Made by a program: the position numbers and the translations under genes
Notes under the pieces: generated by a model
Databases searched by the model: none
What the model was told of the DNA's origin: nothing
Seen by the model: only the letters and a program-made list of their open reading frames with translations
Part shown: piece by piece, positions 11,255 through 24,912 of the stretch
Layout: each line of letters starts with the position of its first letter
Numbering within the stretch: position 1 is the first letter of the stretch
From: the human T2T-CHM13v2.0 reference genome, Homo sapiens
NCBI RefSeq assembly: GCF_009914755.1
Contig: NC_060926.1
DNA: 64,000 nt
Strand: one strand, 5' to 3'

Positions 11255-14200
11255 GAGCACTGACTTAGTTGGGAAATAAGTGAGCTGAAGCGGAATTTGA
11301 AAGTCCCTCTAAGTGAACTACTTTAGAGGTATAGAATGCATCTCTAGATACAGTAAATACAACTGCTTATATGTCAGACTCCAGTTCTATTTCTAGCCCA
11401 GCACTAATTCTGTCCCTCTCCCTATACTTCCCTCCATATTCCCCATCCCACCCCTTTCTCCACCCCCAGAAGAGTTGATGTGATCACAGAAGAGTTAATT
11501 CGAGTTGGTCATTTTCCATCCAGAATGCTGATTAGTCATGAACATCATGTGAAAGGTCATATGCATGAACGTAGGCAGGTCTTTTCCTACCTACTTCCAA
11601 GTGGCTGGATGTGTAGGCTGAGTGGGGACCTGAAAGCCCCAGCCTGTGAGATGCCTCAGAGTGGTGGTGGGTGAGGTGTTAGACCCTACGAGCAGGCAGG
11701 CAGCAGAAGAGCAAATGAGCAAGTCCCTGTGCAATTAGGAAGGTGTCATCTTTTGGAACTCAGGATGGCGGCCCAAGTTCATGAAAACTTCGTGAAATTA
11801 TCATAAATAAAGGCATAAGTGAGAAATATAAAAACCCATGTCTGGAATACTATTGTTCAAAGGGCAGCTGTCAGAGCAGAGGTAAATGTACAGTGACGGG
11901 CTGGGAAGGCTTCGGAATTGGTATATTTGCAGAACACTATTGTTTACACAGGGAACGCCAGCAACAGAAGAAATAGATCCGATTTTAAAAACAGATTTTG
12001 GTCCTATAATGAGAAGAGGGATTAAAGAAAAAAGGAAAGAGAAAACACTGTCATCCAGGAAACACTGTCAGTCCTGCCCAGGTTAAAGGAAAAATTAGAA
12101 CAACTTCAGGAACAAGTCAAAAATTTTAAACATACTTGGGCTAGCCTGAAAAACATAAGGTAGCAAGAGAAAACTAGAGAACTGGAAACATATCCCGCAG
12201 CTGCGAACAGCAGAGACGATAGGAAGTAAAGCTTCTAGTGACAGTAAAGTGGAATAAGATAAAGTCAGACAACTAAATAGCTGAGAAAAGGCAAGATGTT
12301 GGACAAGAGTGTATAAAAAATATAAATCGTTTCCTCTGAGTCCCCAAGATCTCAGACTATGAAGCAATAACTGCTGTTTCAATGCAGAAATCTATTGAGG
12401 ACAGGGGCTCTTTCCATACATTTGTATTAGAGGAGTTAAAATTGTAATTGTTGGTTTAAATGTCTAGAAGCTAGTGGGGTACCTAATAAAGATATTCACT
12501 GAATTTAAAAATATTACATACATGGCTTCCACTTTGAATTTCTGAATCCTTTATACTTGATTTTGAGACTGCTTTAATATAAAAAAATCAAATGCAGTTA
12601 AAATTGCATTATTAATTCTGAAAAGGTATGTGAAAATTAGGGTGTTTACATGTCATATAGTGGGTGCACTTAGGAATCTCAAGTGTACTGATGATCTAAA
12701 ACCAGTTTCTGACATTAACCACACAATCTTCCATGGCATTCTCTAGGTAGAGATCAGTAAAACTATGGCCAGAGCCACATGAGTAGTTGAAATAATTAAA
12801 GCTCCTTTTAAGCGCAATGCATTTGGTTAGAATTCACATGTAAATTGTGGATGTTAATCATTTTATTAACAAGGTACTATTTTGAGTGTGTGTTTTAGCT
12901 AGGAATTATCTTACAAATATCCCAGAGCAAAATTAAATTGCTCATTTTCAGGTGTTTAAATCCCTTACAGGTATATCTTGGGGCAGCATAATTGGGGAAA
13001 AAAAAAAACCTGTTTTCAACTAACTAAAAAGATATGGATTGAAATGTTCCATTATAATTCCCATACTAATATCTCCTGCCAACATATAGAGTAGCCCATT
13101 AAATCCACAACAGTTCAGATAAAGAATACACTTAACACTACCGAGTATAAGGTTGTTAAACAATTAATCTAATACACTGAACCCTTCTCCCCTAAGAATA
13201 TAAACTCCAGCTTACGGTACACCTTCAACCAATGGAGAGAAAAGGAGGTTTTCATATATATTACATTTCATTAGTCTCTTCAATTCTCCATCATTTCCTG
13301 ATTTTTTAAAGAAACCTAACTGAATTATTTCATATAAAGACCTACTTATATTTCACAGTACCAATTTTCATGCACACTTAAAGAAATTGATAATAACCTC
13401 CTTCATTTGCAGAAAATAGACCATAGCTTACCACTTGAAGTTTATTTACTTGAACTTTCCAATGAGACAACTTCAGTGTTTAGACAATCAAGAATTCTTC
13501 CCCTAAAGCAATCTGTAAGAAAGGTGGCTATTTTAATACTTGGAAAATCAAATATGAAGTTTGCTTAATAAAGTAAGACTCTTCAAAGTTACCCACAAAA
13601 AAAGTATGCTAGAAATGCCATCATTTGATCAATACAGGAGTTCTCAAATTCCATAGGAAAAAATGTAATAGGCAGTAGGTGAGAAATTTTTATTTTTTTA
13701 ATTATAAATTCTGAAATACCTGAAATAAACACTGAAAAGACAAAGTCCATTAGTTTATCTCCTTGATTCCTAGTGGAATTGATGTCCTAATTATTAGATA
13801 AATATAGATCTAAAATAGATATGACATGATTTCAGGTCATCAGTTACTTTTTTAATCCTAGCCTTTAGATTTTAAAAATGATAATAATCTGGCTCATGAA
13901 ATGCTATATCTTTTAATAGAGCACATGTACTTTAAATTAAACAATATGTTACCAAGAAGGAATATTCTGATTATTTAGAATAAATGTACTTGACAAACAT
14001 CAGTTGCTGATTGTCTTATAAGTGCCTGAAATTATCAAAGCACCAATTTCAATAATAGTCATATTCATAAAACAGTATTGCTGATTTCTCTTGGTGAGTT
14101 CTACAAGACATTAGATTTCCTTCTTTTTTATTAAAAATAAACGTTTTGCTTTGTGTACTAGATTGAGTGGTGTTTGCTAAGCATTGCATTTTACCGACAT

Positions 14201-14519
14201 AGCCTGGCTTAATACTGACAGGTATTTCTTCTTATGACAAATATATATATATATATATCATAAAATCACAGACTATAGGGTTGGAAGGTACCACCTTAGA
14301 CATTATATTCATATCTTTTGGGAAGTATACTATGCAGAGAAATATGAATGTAGAAATTTATTGTGGTACAATGCTTTGTCAAAATATCAAACAAAAAGGA
14401 AGCACTAATACTCATAGCTTTAACATAACATTTTTTACTTGATATTTAAAGTAAGATGGGCTAATTATAAAAACTCGGAAAGCATGAAGGGAATAAAGCT
14501 ATGCTACCCATAATCTTAC

Positions 14520-14542
14520 CTCACAAAGATTTTCTCTTATGC
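14520..14542 (-). other. candidate 23-nt microexon
   Basis: minus strand: attgaattttttctctag|GCATAAGAGAAAATCTTTGTGAG|gtaagatt. Confidence 0.3.
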
Positions 14543-15102
14543 CTAGAGAAAAAATTCAATTCACCCAAATACCCAGGGAATTTGCGTAGGGAAATATTTA
14601 AATATATTTCGGTATATATTCTTTTGCTCTATTTTTTATGTGTTTTTTACATAGTTGATGTCTTACCCCGGTATTCAAATCTTAATAAATTTTGAAGTGG
14701 TTTCCAAGCCTCTTCTCCCTTTCCCCTCCTGCCAGCTTTCTCTCCCATTTTCTGTTCCCATTAGAATGTGACAGCTCAATCCATATGATAAGGTGTCCGT
14801 ATTTGTCCAGCCTTGTCTACTATTGCCGTGAAGAAAAGTGTGAGCCAGCAGTGTTGGTGCACATCACCCTGAAAACATTGTTGTGGAAACAAATATCTCC
14901 CACTCCTCAGCTCACCTCCAAAATAAGGTGAAAAAACAGGGAACTCTACCCCAAATATTTTACCAACTCTTTTCTTGAATTTGTCCCTATTATACAAATT
15001 TTGGTGGTATCACTGAGGTTTATGTCCATTTGTAAGAAAAGAGTACCCTTAATGGGAGAAACTATAGCTGCTTATCCATATAATTTCATTTTAAAGTAAG
15101 AA

Positions 15103-15141
15103 ACAATATAAACAGACCCAGATACAATATAAACAGACCCA
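15103..15141 (+). repeat. short tandem duplication (18 bp, period 21)
   Basis: acaatataaacagaccca twice. Confidence 0.9.
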
Positions 15142-15995
15142 TCTACTAAAAGTGCCAGGACAACGTATTATAAATGGAAAACAGTTTTGTCTTAAGTCAA
15201 ATCTACTTTTCAAAATGGTTTAATGACATTCCTCTTAATTCAAGAAGAATCTGTGAGAAAAATCAATTTCAGGGTGCTTCGGCTCCCTCCCTCATGAGGG
15301 AAGTTCACTGTGTCATAGTTCCAATGACAACCAAGAAAATTATAAGAAATACCAGGAAGATTAAGATACCAGTTAGGTAAACAAGCCAAAAATATCAGAA
15401 AACATGCTGAAGAGCTAATTCACAAAAGAATAAATACAACTGGTAAACAGATATTTTTCTTTCATACTCAGACTAATTGGTCATAAAATAAATACAAATC
15501 TAAAACAGAAAATCCAAGTTTCTGCCTATTAAGTAAAAATTTTAAATTTTTAGCTGACAATTTCCATGACATTGCTAAAACTGATAAACCCCTAGTACTT
15601 GTGAAATTTGCAAATTTGTAAGACTAGGAAAAATGTTAGGCATGTGACATAAAACATTTTGCCTACTTGATAAAGTGAGGTTAGAAGTAACCTCAGTTCT
15701 ATGAGTTTATTTTAAGAAATAATCTCAAAAAAGGAATAAGGCCACATGCACCAAAACAATCAAGTAAAATCAGAATTAATATAAATGTCCAGCAATAAAA
15801 GAATAAAGTTAAAACATCGCACATCTTCAATGGAACACTCAGCATCCCTTGAAAGAATCATTGTAAATACCACCAAATAGTATGTATTTTAGAAAAAACA
15901 GACAATAAGATCATAGGTGTAACATGACTCTAAGTATCCAAAAGATAACTCTATAGTCATGTTTGTGTTTACTGAATTGTAATATATCATTTTCA

Positions 15996-16421
<426 letters not shown>

Positions 16422-16889
16422 TTAATCCTCAGAAGATATTGACATTGACCCAAAGAGACAAACTTAAATTCAGAAAAACAAGCCTTCAGTATAAAACATC
16501 ACTGCAGCATCAATTGACATGTAGAAAAACTGAATAGCACCTAAATGTCCAACAGCTGGGTAATACATATGCAAAATGTGATGCGTATACTTACTTAGAA
16601 CAGTATTACATGGCCACTAAAAAAGATGCTTACAAAAGTAATAACACAAGGGAATGAGTTAGCTATAATTGTAAATGAAAAAGAAGGGCGTAAAATGGTA
16701 CACAAACAGCATCATTACAATTCTTTTTTTAAAACACTGTGTGCATAAAGCAAAGAAATATATCAAAATTTTACTCATTTATATTTGGGTAACAAGATTA
16801 TGGTTAACTTTTCTTTTTTTCTCTTTTTTTCTTTTATTCCTTATCTTCTGATGAATTTTAAATGACCCCATTTCTCATTGTAATCCTTA

Positions 16890-17303
<414 letters not shown>

Positions 17304-17402
17304 TTACAGTAAGTATTATGCTTTTAACTTTCCAAAGTACCTCTTAATCTTCTCATAGTCTTAAAACATCTCTCCAATGCAGATAAAGGCATTTTGTCAT
17401 AC

Positions 17403-17535
17403 TTTTTAATTTGTATTTTTAGAGACAGGGCCTCACTATGTTGTCCAGGTTGGACTCTACCTCCTGGCTCAGGGGATCTTCCTGCCTCAGCCTCCAGAGT
17501 AGCTGGGACTGTAGGTGCACTCCACCACAGCCAGC
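17403..17535 (-). mobile_element. Alu monomer (FLAM-type)
   Basis: ttttagagacagggcctcactatgttgtccagg...cctcagcctccagagtagctgggactgtagg; single arm. Confidence 0.85.
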
Positions 17536-18292
17536 TATTTTGCCATCTTTTTAAATACAACATATATACTGAGGACATCTTGCAATAGATGCTGTAGTGT
17601 GTATAGAGAACATGAGATAATAAGCCATGGTTCCTGAAGCTGAATCGCTCACAGCCTAGAGGAAACAAATGAAGAAATAGACAATGGTGACAACTACAGA
17701 GGAGAGACATGGGAGGGACTAAACCTGCCCCAGGGAGCAGGGACAGCTGAGCCTGGGCTTGAAGTGGGAGTGGGAGTTTGACAGCTGGAGAAGAGGAGGA
17801 AGACAAAAGGAGGTGGTGTCTTCATCCATCCACAATCTAGAGCTTGAGAAAGACGAGTTAGCAGGGCAGATGGCCTGCAGGGAGGGCCAACCCTGGTGTG
17901 CACATGGGAGAACGTGGGGACATAGAAGACATGCAGGGTCCAAAAATCAAGTGATACCCAGCTCTAGTCAGGGCTGGGACTAGAACCCAGATCTAACCAA
18001 CAACCCTTTCTCCATCAACGGCAGGGAAAAATAATTAAATTATAATTTAAAAAAAAAACCCACCTGGATTAATGTCTCAGCTCTGTAAGGATCATCTTGC
18101 TGAGCCTGCTGCTTATCTGAAGGACGCCTTCCTCCCACGTTGGAGGGAACTAAGAAATAATAGATGTAATCATAAAGTCCTTTTCAAACTCCAGAAACAT
18201 AAGGTACCATTGACACTCTTCTTCCCAGTGTTGCAGGGAACCACAGCCTTTATTTTGAAGGTTGTATAGCCCATGGCAAATTTCCTGCAGCA

Positions 18293-18598
18293 CCATGGTT
18301 CTCAAACTTTGAAGTACGTTAGAAACACCGGGAGAGCTGTTACAACTTTCTGCTGCCCAGGTGCATTACCCATTAAATCAGAAACTCTGGAGGTGTGGTC
18401 CACGCAGGGAGCCTTTTAAAACTTCCCCAGATGATTCCAATGTTCAGCCAAGTTATCCAAAGTATGGTCCAAGGACCATCAGCATCACCTGGGTCTTGGT
18501 AGAATCTTGGGCCTCACTCAGACCTGCTGTATGAGAATCTTCAGTTTAACAAGCTTTCCAGGTGGTTGGTGTACAGATTAAAGTTTGAGGAGCACTGT
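18293..18598. mobile_element. two adjacent hAT-Charlie MITEs (MER5A-like then MER5B-like)
   Basis: catggttctcaaactt...aatcagaaactctgg...ccccagatgattc; tccaaagtatggtcc...ttaacaag...aaagtttgaggagcactg. Confidence 0.75.
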
Positions 18599-19165
18599 TC
18601 TAGACAGATTTAGCATTCTCCAAATTCCTACTCTGAATTGTCTTTCAGGATGCGGTGGGAAATTAATCCCAGCCTCACCCTCAAGGACTCACTCTCTACT
18701 AAGCAGGGCATGCCGGTGCACAGCGCTCTGGAGGTTACGGAGGAGGAGCACCTTTGGCTGAGAGGGTGGAGATAGTGTGTGGAGATCAGGGAAGGCTTTC
18801 TGAAGGTGGAGAAGTGGGAATGGAACAGAGCTCAGTGTGGGCAATGCTACATTTTAGAAGCAGCAAGCTTGCACTTTGGAGGTTTCATGTTTCAGGAGGA
18901 GGTCCAGATTGGTGACATAATATGTGTGAAAATGCTCTAAAAACTGTAAATCATTATGCAAATGGGTATTTGCATTATCCCTCCCAAGTCCTAGTGGGTC
19001 TTTCTCATAACAGAGTCTTCAGGGAATTAAACTCTTAATTGTAGCTAAAGGAAGTCTTCAAATCCAGATGGGTGTTCAGCTAGGTGCCCAAGTCCTTGCA
19101 AATGATGAAAATAATTCCAGGCAGCACAATCCAATTTATACCCTCCTCTGCTCAGGGTATCTGAC

Positions 19166-19288
19166 AAGGGGAACCATACATCCTGTTGTGCCTAAGACCA
19201 TCATAGTTATTCCTGTCATCTGTGCACAATTTGTAATGGTGCCTCCACTCATTCTCAAAAGCTTGGATGATTAAAATATACAGTCACA
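19166..19288. mobile_element. hAT-Blackjack MITE (MER94-like)
   Basis: ggggaaccatacatcctg...ctcattctcaaaag...aaaatatacagtcac resembles MER94 with decayed agggtgacca TIRs. Confidence 0.5.
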
Positions 19289-19864
19289 TTTTGTTGGACA
19301 CAATAGTGCTTCAAAAAATGCAAATGATATTTCTCCATTTTCAGGAGATGGTTCAGGGCTGCCCCTAGCAAGAAGTGTCCAGGCTTGTGTGGAGTCAGCC
19401 CCGAATCTGTGTATTTTCTTTGCTTTTTGGGGACACTCTTAGGAGGCCCAGACATTCTGCATGTTCCACACCAGTGTCCTTCATCCCTCATCCATGCAGG
19501 CATGAGTGAGGAGCTGCAGAGGCTTTCAGGTGTGCAATTTGCAGGTAACAACAAACACTCTCCTCCACCACCACCTACAACCACCATCGATTCTAAACTG
19601 GTCAAAGGACCTTCGCTGGCCATGGAATTTCATGGGGTAAGGAGAGCGAAGCCACACACCACAGCAATGCACCATTCTAGACAAGCTTCAACCTGCCATT
19701 TGTGACCCTTCACCAAAGACTGCAGCTGCCAACACCCAGTACATTACTGGCTCCACATTCATTTCTCCAAACAATTTTATAATGTTTGTGAGAAACTGTT
19801 CCTGATTTCTGAGCTCCCACTAAGCTCCCTGTAGTTATCTCAGGGAAGGGGACCTTTGAAGGGA

Positions 19865-20065
19865 GTGACCATTTATTGAGCGTCTCCTATGAGCAACTTA
19901 TCCTGTAGGGCACATTACATATAGCACCTCACTGGATTCTCACTCACAGCAGCCCTGGGAAGAACCCTCCATGCTCCCCATTTTACACATGAGAAAAATG
20001 GACACTAGGGGAGGCTAAATTGACCAAAGTCACTATTTACAACACTGCAGACCTATGCTTTAACT
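19865..20065 (-). mobile_element. MIR SINE
   Basis: accatttattgagcgtctcctatg...ccccattttacacatgagaaaa. Confidence 0.75.
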
Positions 20066-20619
20066 CACAATGGTCCCGTTTATTTTTTTTCATTTCTACC
20101 ACATCCAAGACAAATTGTTTCAGGTTGACATGAGGAGGGGACAGAGGAGCAAAACCTGCTGATTTACCTTTTTTCTGTCTTATTCTTCTGCTCTCCCAAA
20201 CCTCTCTTCTTTGCTGAGATGATCTCCAGCCATTCCATTCTTATTGGTCATTTAGAGACATTAATTTTTTCTTCTAGAACAACACCATACATTAACGACA
20301 ATCATTCCATTCAATTTTATCGATACTCTAATTGGTCCAAATAATTTTGAATCACAAAATTTGCTATTTCAAAGTGTTGGCAAATTCTTCTAATTTAGAG
20401 TTGTCTAAAAATGTTCAAACTATATTTTATTTTTACTCCTTGCAGCCAGCATGTTTATTAAAAACCCAGTCACTGCCAGAAATAAAACTAAATCCAACTC
20501 AAACACTCCTAAATTTGTCTTTCCAATAGCTTGATATTATATAATGTATTCCCAAGAGACTTTTAAATGAAATCAAATAATTATATTTATTAAAAACATA
20601 TCATTATATAGAATTTGGT

Positions 20620-20975
20620 TTAAGCCAAACCAATAAATATCTATTGAACACCAACACAGTTCCATTCACTGTTTCAGAGGGCGGGAGTACAAAAATGACA
20701 GAGACATGTCCCCAGTCCGGAAGACAGAAGAGATAAAGTCAGATAGAGGAGATAAAGCATGCACAGAAATAGATATTACACAGGACTTTTTAAAAATTAG
20801 AATTTATCTCTATCATGTACCTAGCACACTGAAGGATGTTTGCTTACATGCATCTTTCTTTCCCTGCACCAAGCTCCCTGAGAACTGGGAACTTGTCCTA
20901 ATTTTTCTTTTACATTCCAGCAACATAGTCAGGAATTCATTCATAACATGTGCTCAATAAGTGTATGTTTAACAG
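20620..20975. mobile_element. two oppositely oriented L2 3' fragments
   Basis: caataaatatctattgaacacc (minus L2 end) and aagctccctgagaactggga...catgtgctcaataagtg (plus L2 end). Confidence 0.6.
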
Positions 20976-21681
20976 AACTGAATTGCCTTAAGCTTAAAAC
21001 CGATTGCCATAAACAAATGGAAATCCATTTCAGATGTACCTTGAAAGAAGGTGCAAGCTTCAACCATTGAGAGATGGTGAAGGGATTGTTTCCAGTAGTG
21101 GGAATAGAAAGATGAGAGAGGAGGAGGTAGAATTACATTCACTGCTAGCATCCAGTCTTGCTGAATTTCTCTAAACCCTCAAAGCCCAGCAGGTGCCTAC
21201 AGCCTGAAGCAGCTCAAAGATCAGAGAGCCCATCCTGCATGTGCCAGGGTGGGCTATGATAATAACGGACCCTAGGATATATGGGATTCCAGATGCACCC
21301 TCCTAGAGCAAGGGGCCTTGGATGTGGCTGACGCTCCTCGATTCTCTTCTAACAAGGTTCCCGAGAGTCACAGCCTGGGAGCAGCTATTCCCCTCACTCT
21401 GAGAGGTCCACCTTCCGGGCATGCCAGAGCCTCTAGCACCTGTAGCCCTGGGGCTGATTGCTATTCCTTGTCCTATCTTCTTTTCCCAACCTTAACCCGT
21501 TACCTGTCCCACATGGATTGTGGGCTCTGCCAGGAACAAGGCTGTCTTCCTCATTCTCTTAACCTGCCCTTAGCACACGCTGAAGCTCCTTCAGTCAGAA
21601 AAGCCTAGCATCACTATAGGTATCAGGTAACTTCCCAACAGGGAGCTGCTTTATCACTGCTCATTGCTCAATGGGCTACAC

Positions 21682-22215
21682 CAGTGATGCCCAAAACCCC
21701 ATCCTTGAAGCCCATGGCTGGACTGTTGTGCATGAATCAGCTGGTGAGTATGTCAAAAAGGTATTCCAGTTTCTACCTCTCAGAGATTCTGATTAAGTGG
21801 GTTGGATGTGTGGCAGGAAAATCTGCATTTTATTTTATTTTTTTATTATACTTTAAGTTTTAGGGTACATGTGCACAACGTGCCGGTTTGTTACATATGT
21901 ACACATGTGCCATGTTGGTGTGCTGCACCCATTAACTTGTCATTTAACATTAGGTATATCTCCTAATACTATCCCTCCCCCCTGCCCCCACTCCACAACA
22001 GGCCCCAGTGTGTGATGTTCCCCTTTCTGTGTCCATGTGTTCTCATTGTTCAATTCCCACCTATTAGTGAGAACATGTGGTGTTTGGTTTTTTGTCCTTG
22101 CGATAGTTTGCCGAAAATGATGAGTTCATGTCTTTTGCAGGGACAAGGATGAAGCTGGAAAAATCTGCATTTTAAACAGCTCCCCTGGAGATTGTGAGAA
22201 GCAGCCATATGTGGA
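21682..22215. mobile_element. MER5A MITE split by an L1PA insertion
   Basis: cagagattctgattaagtggg...ggaaaatctgcatttt|aaacagctcccctggagatt. Confidence 0.75.
21832..22159 (-). mobile_element. L1PA3/PA4-type 3' end with ~40-bp 5' inversion (twin priming), 14-bp TSD
   Basis: ttattatactttaagttttagggtacatgtgcacaacg L1PA tail on minus; 22119-22161 is the adjacent L1 segment in plus orientation; TSD AAAATCTGCATTTT at 21818-21831 and 22160-22173. Confidence 0.93.
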
Positions 22216-22501
22216 ACCCTCCATTCCTGCCACGGGCTGTTGCACCTGTTCTAAGCCCTTGGGCTGGGTCAGGAACACTCACCTTTGTGACTGCTCAGCA
22301 TCCTACAACATCACATGGAATAGGCTTCCCCATTCCGTCCTACTCCACCCCACCTCAGCATAATCCACCCACACTCTGTGCTTTGTTCAGCAAATGCAGA
22401 CCACATGCCTCAGGCTGACTTGACACTAGCCTGGACACATCAACATCTGCTGTTCTTCAGTTGCTCAGAGCTGAGCTGTGTCTCCCCAAAGAACTTCCCC
22501 C

Positions 22502-22648
22502 TTTTTTGATGCAGAGTCTTGCTATGTTGCCCAGTGCAGTGGCTACTCACAGGCATGATCATAGCTCATGGTAACCTTGAACTCCCAGGCTCATGCACTC
22601 CTCCCAGCTCAGCCTCCCAAGTAGCTAGGTCCCCACCACCACGGCCAG
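22502..22648 (-). mobile_element. FAM (fossil Alu monomer, 7SL-derived)
   Basis: gtgcagtggctactcacaggcatgatcatagc retains the 7SL-like ggctattcacaggc segment absent from Alu arms. Confidence 0.75.
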
Positions 22649-22999
22649 TCTATTATCTTCTAATGCCCAGCCTGGCAGCCCATGCCCCATGGTTATAATC
22701 CATATCATGCTCCCCTCTTCCCCCCAACACAAGTACACACAGCTCTGTCTTAGGTGCCCCCCATGTACTCCCCACCTCCAGCATCACCAGGCCTGTTCAG
22801 AAGTCAGTGAGTTGGTGACGTCCCTGTTGTCTTCCTTTGAGGTTAAAAACAGGTAACAATTATAAGCCTCTGTCACAGTGCTTGGCACACAGATCTTCAA
22901 TCGTGTCTTTTGGGTCTGAATCCAGAGAAGACAGAAGAGACCCCATTGGGTCTCTCTGATAGCTAGATTCACTGGGACACTAATAAGGACAGTAGCCAC

Positions 23000-23210
23000 T
23001 AATACTTATGTTCGTCTTAAGTGCCAGGAGTATTTTAAGACTTTTCATATATATTGGCTTTTTTCATCCTGATGACCCTCAGCTAACTAAATACTATTTA
23101 TGATTTCAATTTACAATTGAAGAAATGGAAGCCTAGGGGTGTGACAGAACTTATCCAGAGGCACAGAGCGAATGAGTGGTGGAGTCCCAGTTTCAGTCCA
23201 GATAGTCTCC
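23000..23210 (-). mobile_element. MIR SINE
   Basis: aatttacaattgaagaaatggaagcctagggg...cttatccagaggcacagagc. Confidence 0.65.
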
Positions 23211-23849
23211 ACGGCAGACGGCGTACAGCACCAAGCTGTCCGTCAAGGTCAAATCCCCATTCCAAATCACGGGACATCTGCTTCTGCCTTGCCCACCTGC
23301 CCATGTCTCAGCCCAGAGGGAAATACTTCCAACATAATTGCTCTGGGCTGTCGGAAGATATTGTTGTCTCTTTGCGATGACAGATGCCCTCAGATGCCAG
23401 GAACAACATTGGAAACCTTGACTTGACAGGGCTGAATTTAATATTATGGGAAGAAGCAGTCTGCTGGGGATCCCAGAGCTCTTTCTGCCTTCCAAAGGGC
23501 AGGAAAGCAGATGCTGATATTGTAAGAGAATCTTTCCTTAGACAAACCAAGTACAAAATGCTTCAAGGACTCAGAAGGAAAAAAGCTGTCACCACCCCCT
23601 CAATTTTCTCTCTAGCAAAGCTGTGTGCAAAAGTTAAAATCTCTCTTCTCCATCCCAAGGAACTCAAGGGAGACACACTGAAATTTTCAGAAAGATCCTT
23701 ATCCAAACAACAGGAAAATTAACAATACAGATTCTAAAACAAACAAAGAAAACAAGACTGTGCTTGAATTTAGAAAACCCAAGTTTCTGACCCTATAATA
23801 GCAATTTTATGCTTTTCTTTTATAAAAAAAAAATGTGGTGCCAAATATC

Positions 23850-24115
23850 TTACTAAATTATCGGAGCTCCATGATGAGAACTTATGGATAAAGGAGAAAA
23901 CAACAGATACTGGGATGTACTTGAGGATGGAGGGAGAGGAGCAGGAGAGGAGCAGAAAAGGAGCAGAAAAGAGAAAAGTATTGGGTACTGGGCTTAATCC
24001 CTGGGTGATGAAATAATCTGTACAACAAAGCCCGATTACATGAGTTTACTTATGTAAAAAACCTTGACACATACACCTGAATCTAAAATACAAGTTAAAA
24101 TAAATAAATAAATAA
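23850..24115 (+). mobile_element. L1PA13-like 3' end
   Basis: ggagcagaaaag...tattgggtactgggcttaat.cctgggtgatgaaataatctgtacaacaaa; (TAAA)n tail. Confidence 0.85.
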
Positions 24116-24225
24116 ACTATACGTGGCTTCCCTTTCTAGTCTGGCACATGAACTTGGTCTTCTGCAATGAACTAGTTCAGCTCAACATTTGCCCAGCACT
24201 GACCCAACGCCAGGCCCTGTGCTTG

Positions 24226-24603
24226 TTTTTTTTTTTTTTTAATTTTCCCCAAGCTTTATTGAGGTATAACTGACAAATAAAACTATAAATTTAAGATGTA
24301 CAACATGGTGATTTGATGTATGCTTATACTGTGAAATGGTTATCACAATCAAGTTTGTTAACATAGCCATTACCTCACATAAATACCTTTTTTTGGTGGA
24401 AATATTTATCATGCACACTCTTGGCAAATTTCAAGTAAACAATACAGTATTGTAAACTGTCATCACCACGCTGTGTATTAGAGCCCCAGAGCTCATTCAT
24501 CTTATAACTGGAGTCTATATTCCTTGACCAACATCTCCTCATTTCCCCCAATCCCAGAGAGTAGAAACCATCCTTTACTCTCTGCTTCCATAAGTTTGAT
24601 TTT
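24226..24603 (-). mobile_element. L1MA9-like 3' end
   Basis: poly-T then agctttattgaggtataactgacaaataaaa...gcaaatttcaagtaaacaatacagtatt. Confidence 0.85.
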
Positions 24604-24838
24604 GGTCTTGGAGCCAAGAGATGAGTCAGACATTGCTGGCTTCCAGGCAATCACAGAAAAGAGACATGAACAGAGGGGCAACCTCTGTTAGGTGAGATAA
24701 ACAGAGGCACAATCCTAATTTATTTTGGACTTTCTCATCTGTTCCTTTCTCCTCGCTTTTTCCCATTCAGAAAGTCTCCTCTCTGGTTGATGGTCTATTC
24801 TTTACACCCTACCTGTGTCAGCAAACAGTACATCTTAC

Positions 24839-24912
24839 CTTCCAGGTCATGGTGGCCTCCAACTAAACAGTATAAACTCAACCAGTTGGATTTCTGACTT
24901 TCCTGCAGGACT
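24839..24912 (-). other. candidate 74-nt exon containing Kozak ATG (GCCACCATGACCTGGAAG)
   Basis: minus strand: acttcttttctttcccag|AGTCC...GAGGCCACCATGACCTGGAAG|gtaaga; ATG at 24850-24848; non-repeat sequence. Confidence 0.5.

Noticed and set aside
14170-14240. miR-200/miR-8-like precursor
   Set aside because: Arms pair only over TACC/GGTA with no proper stem or loop; kept only as a possible target site
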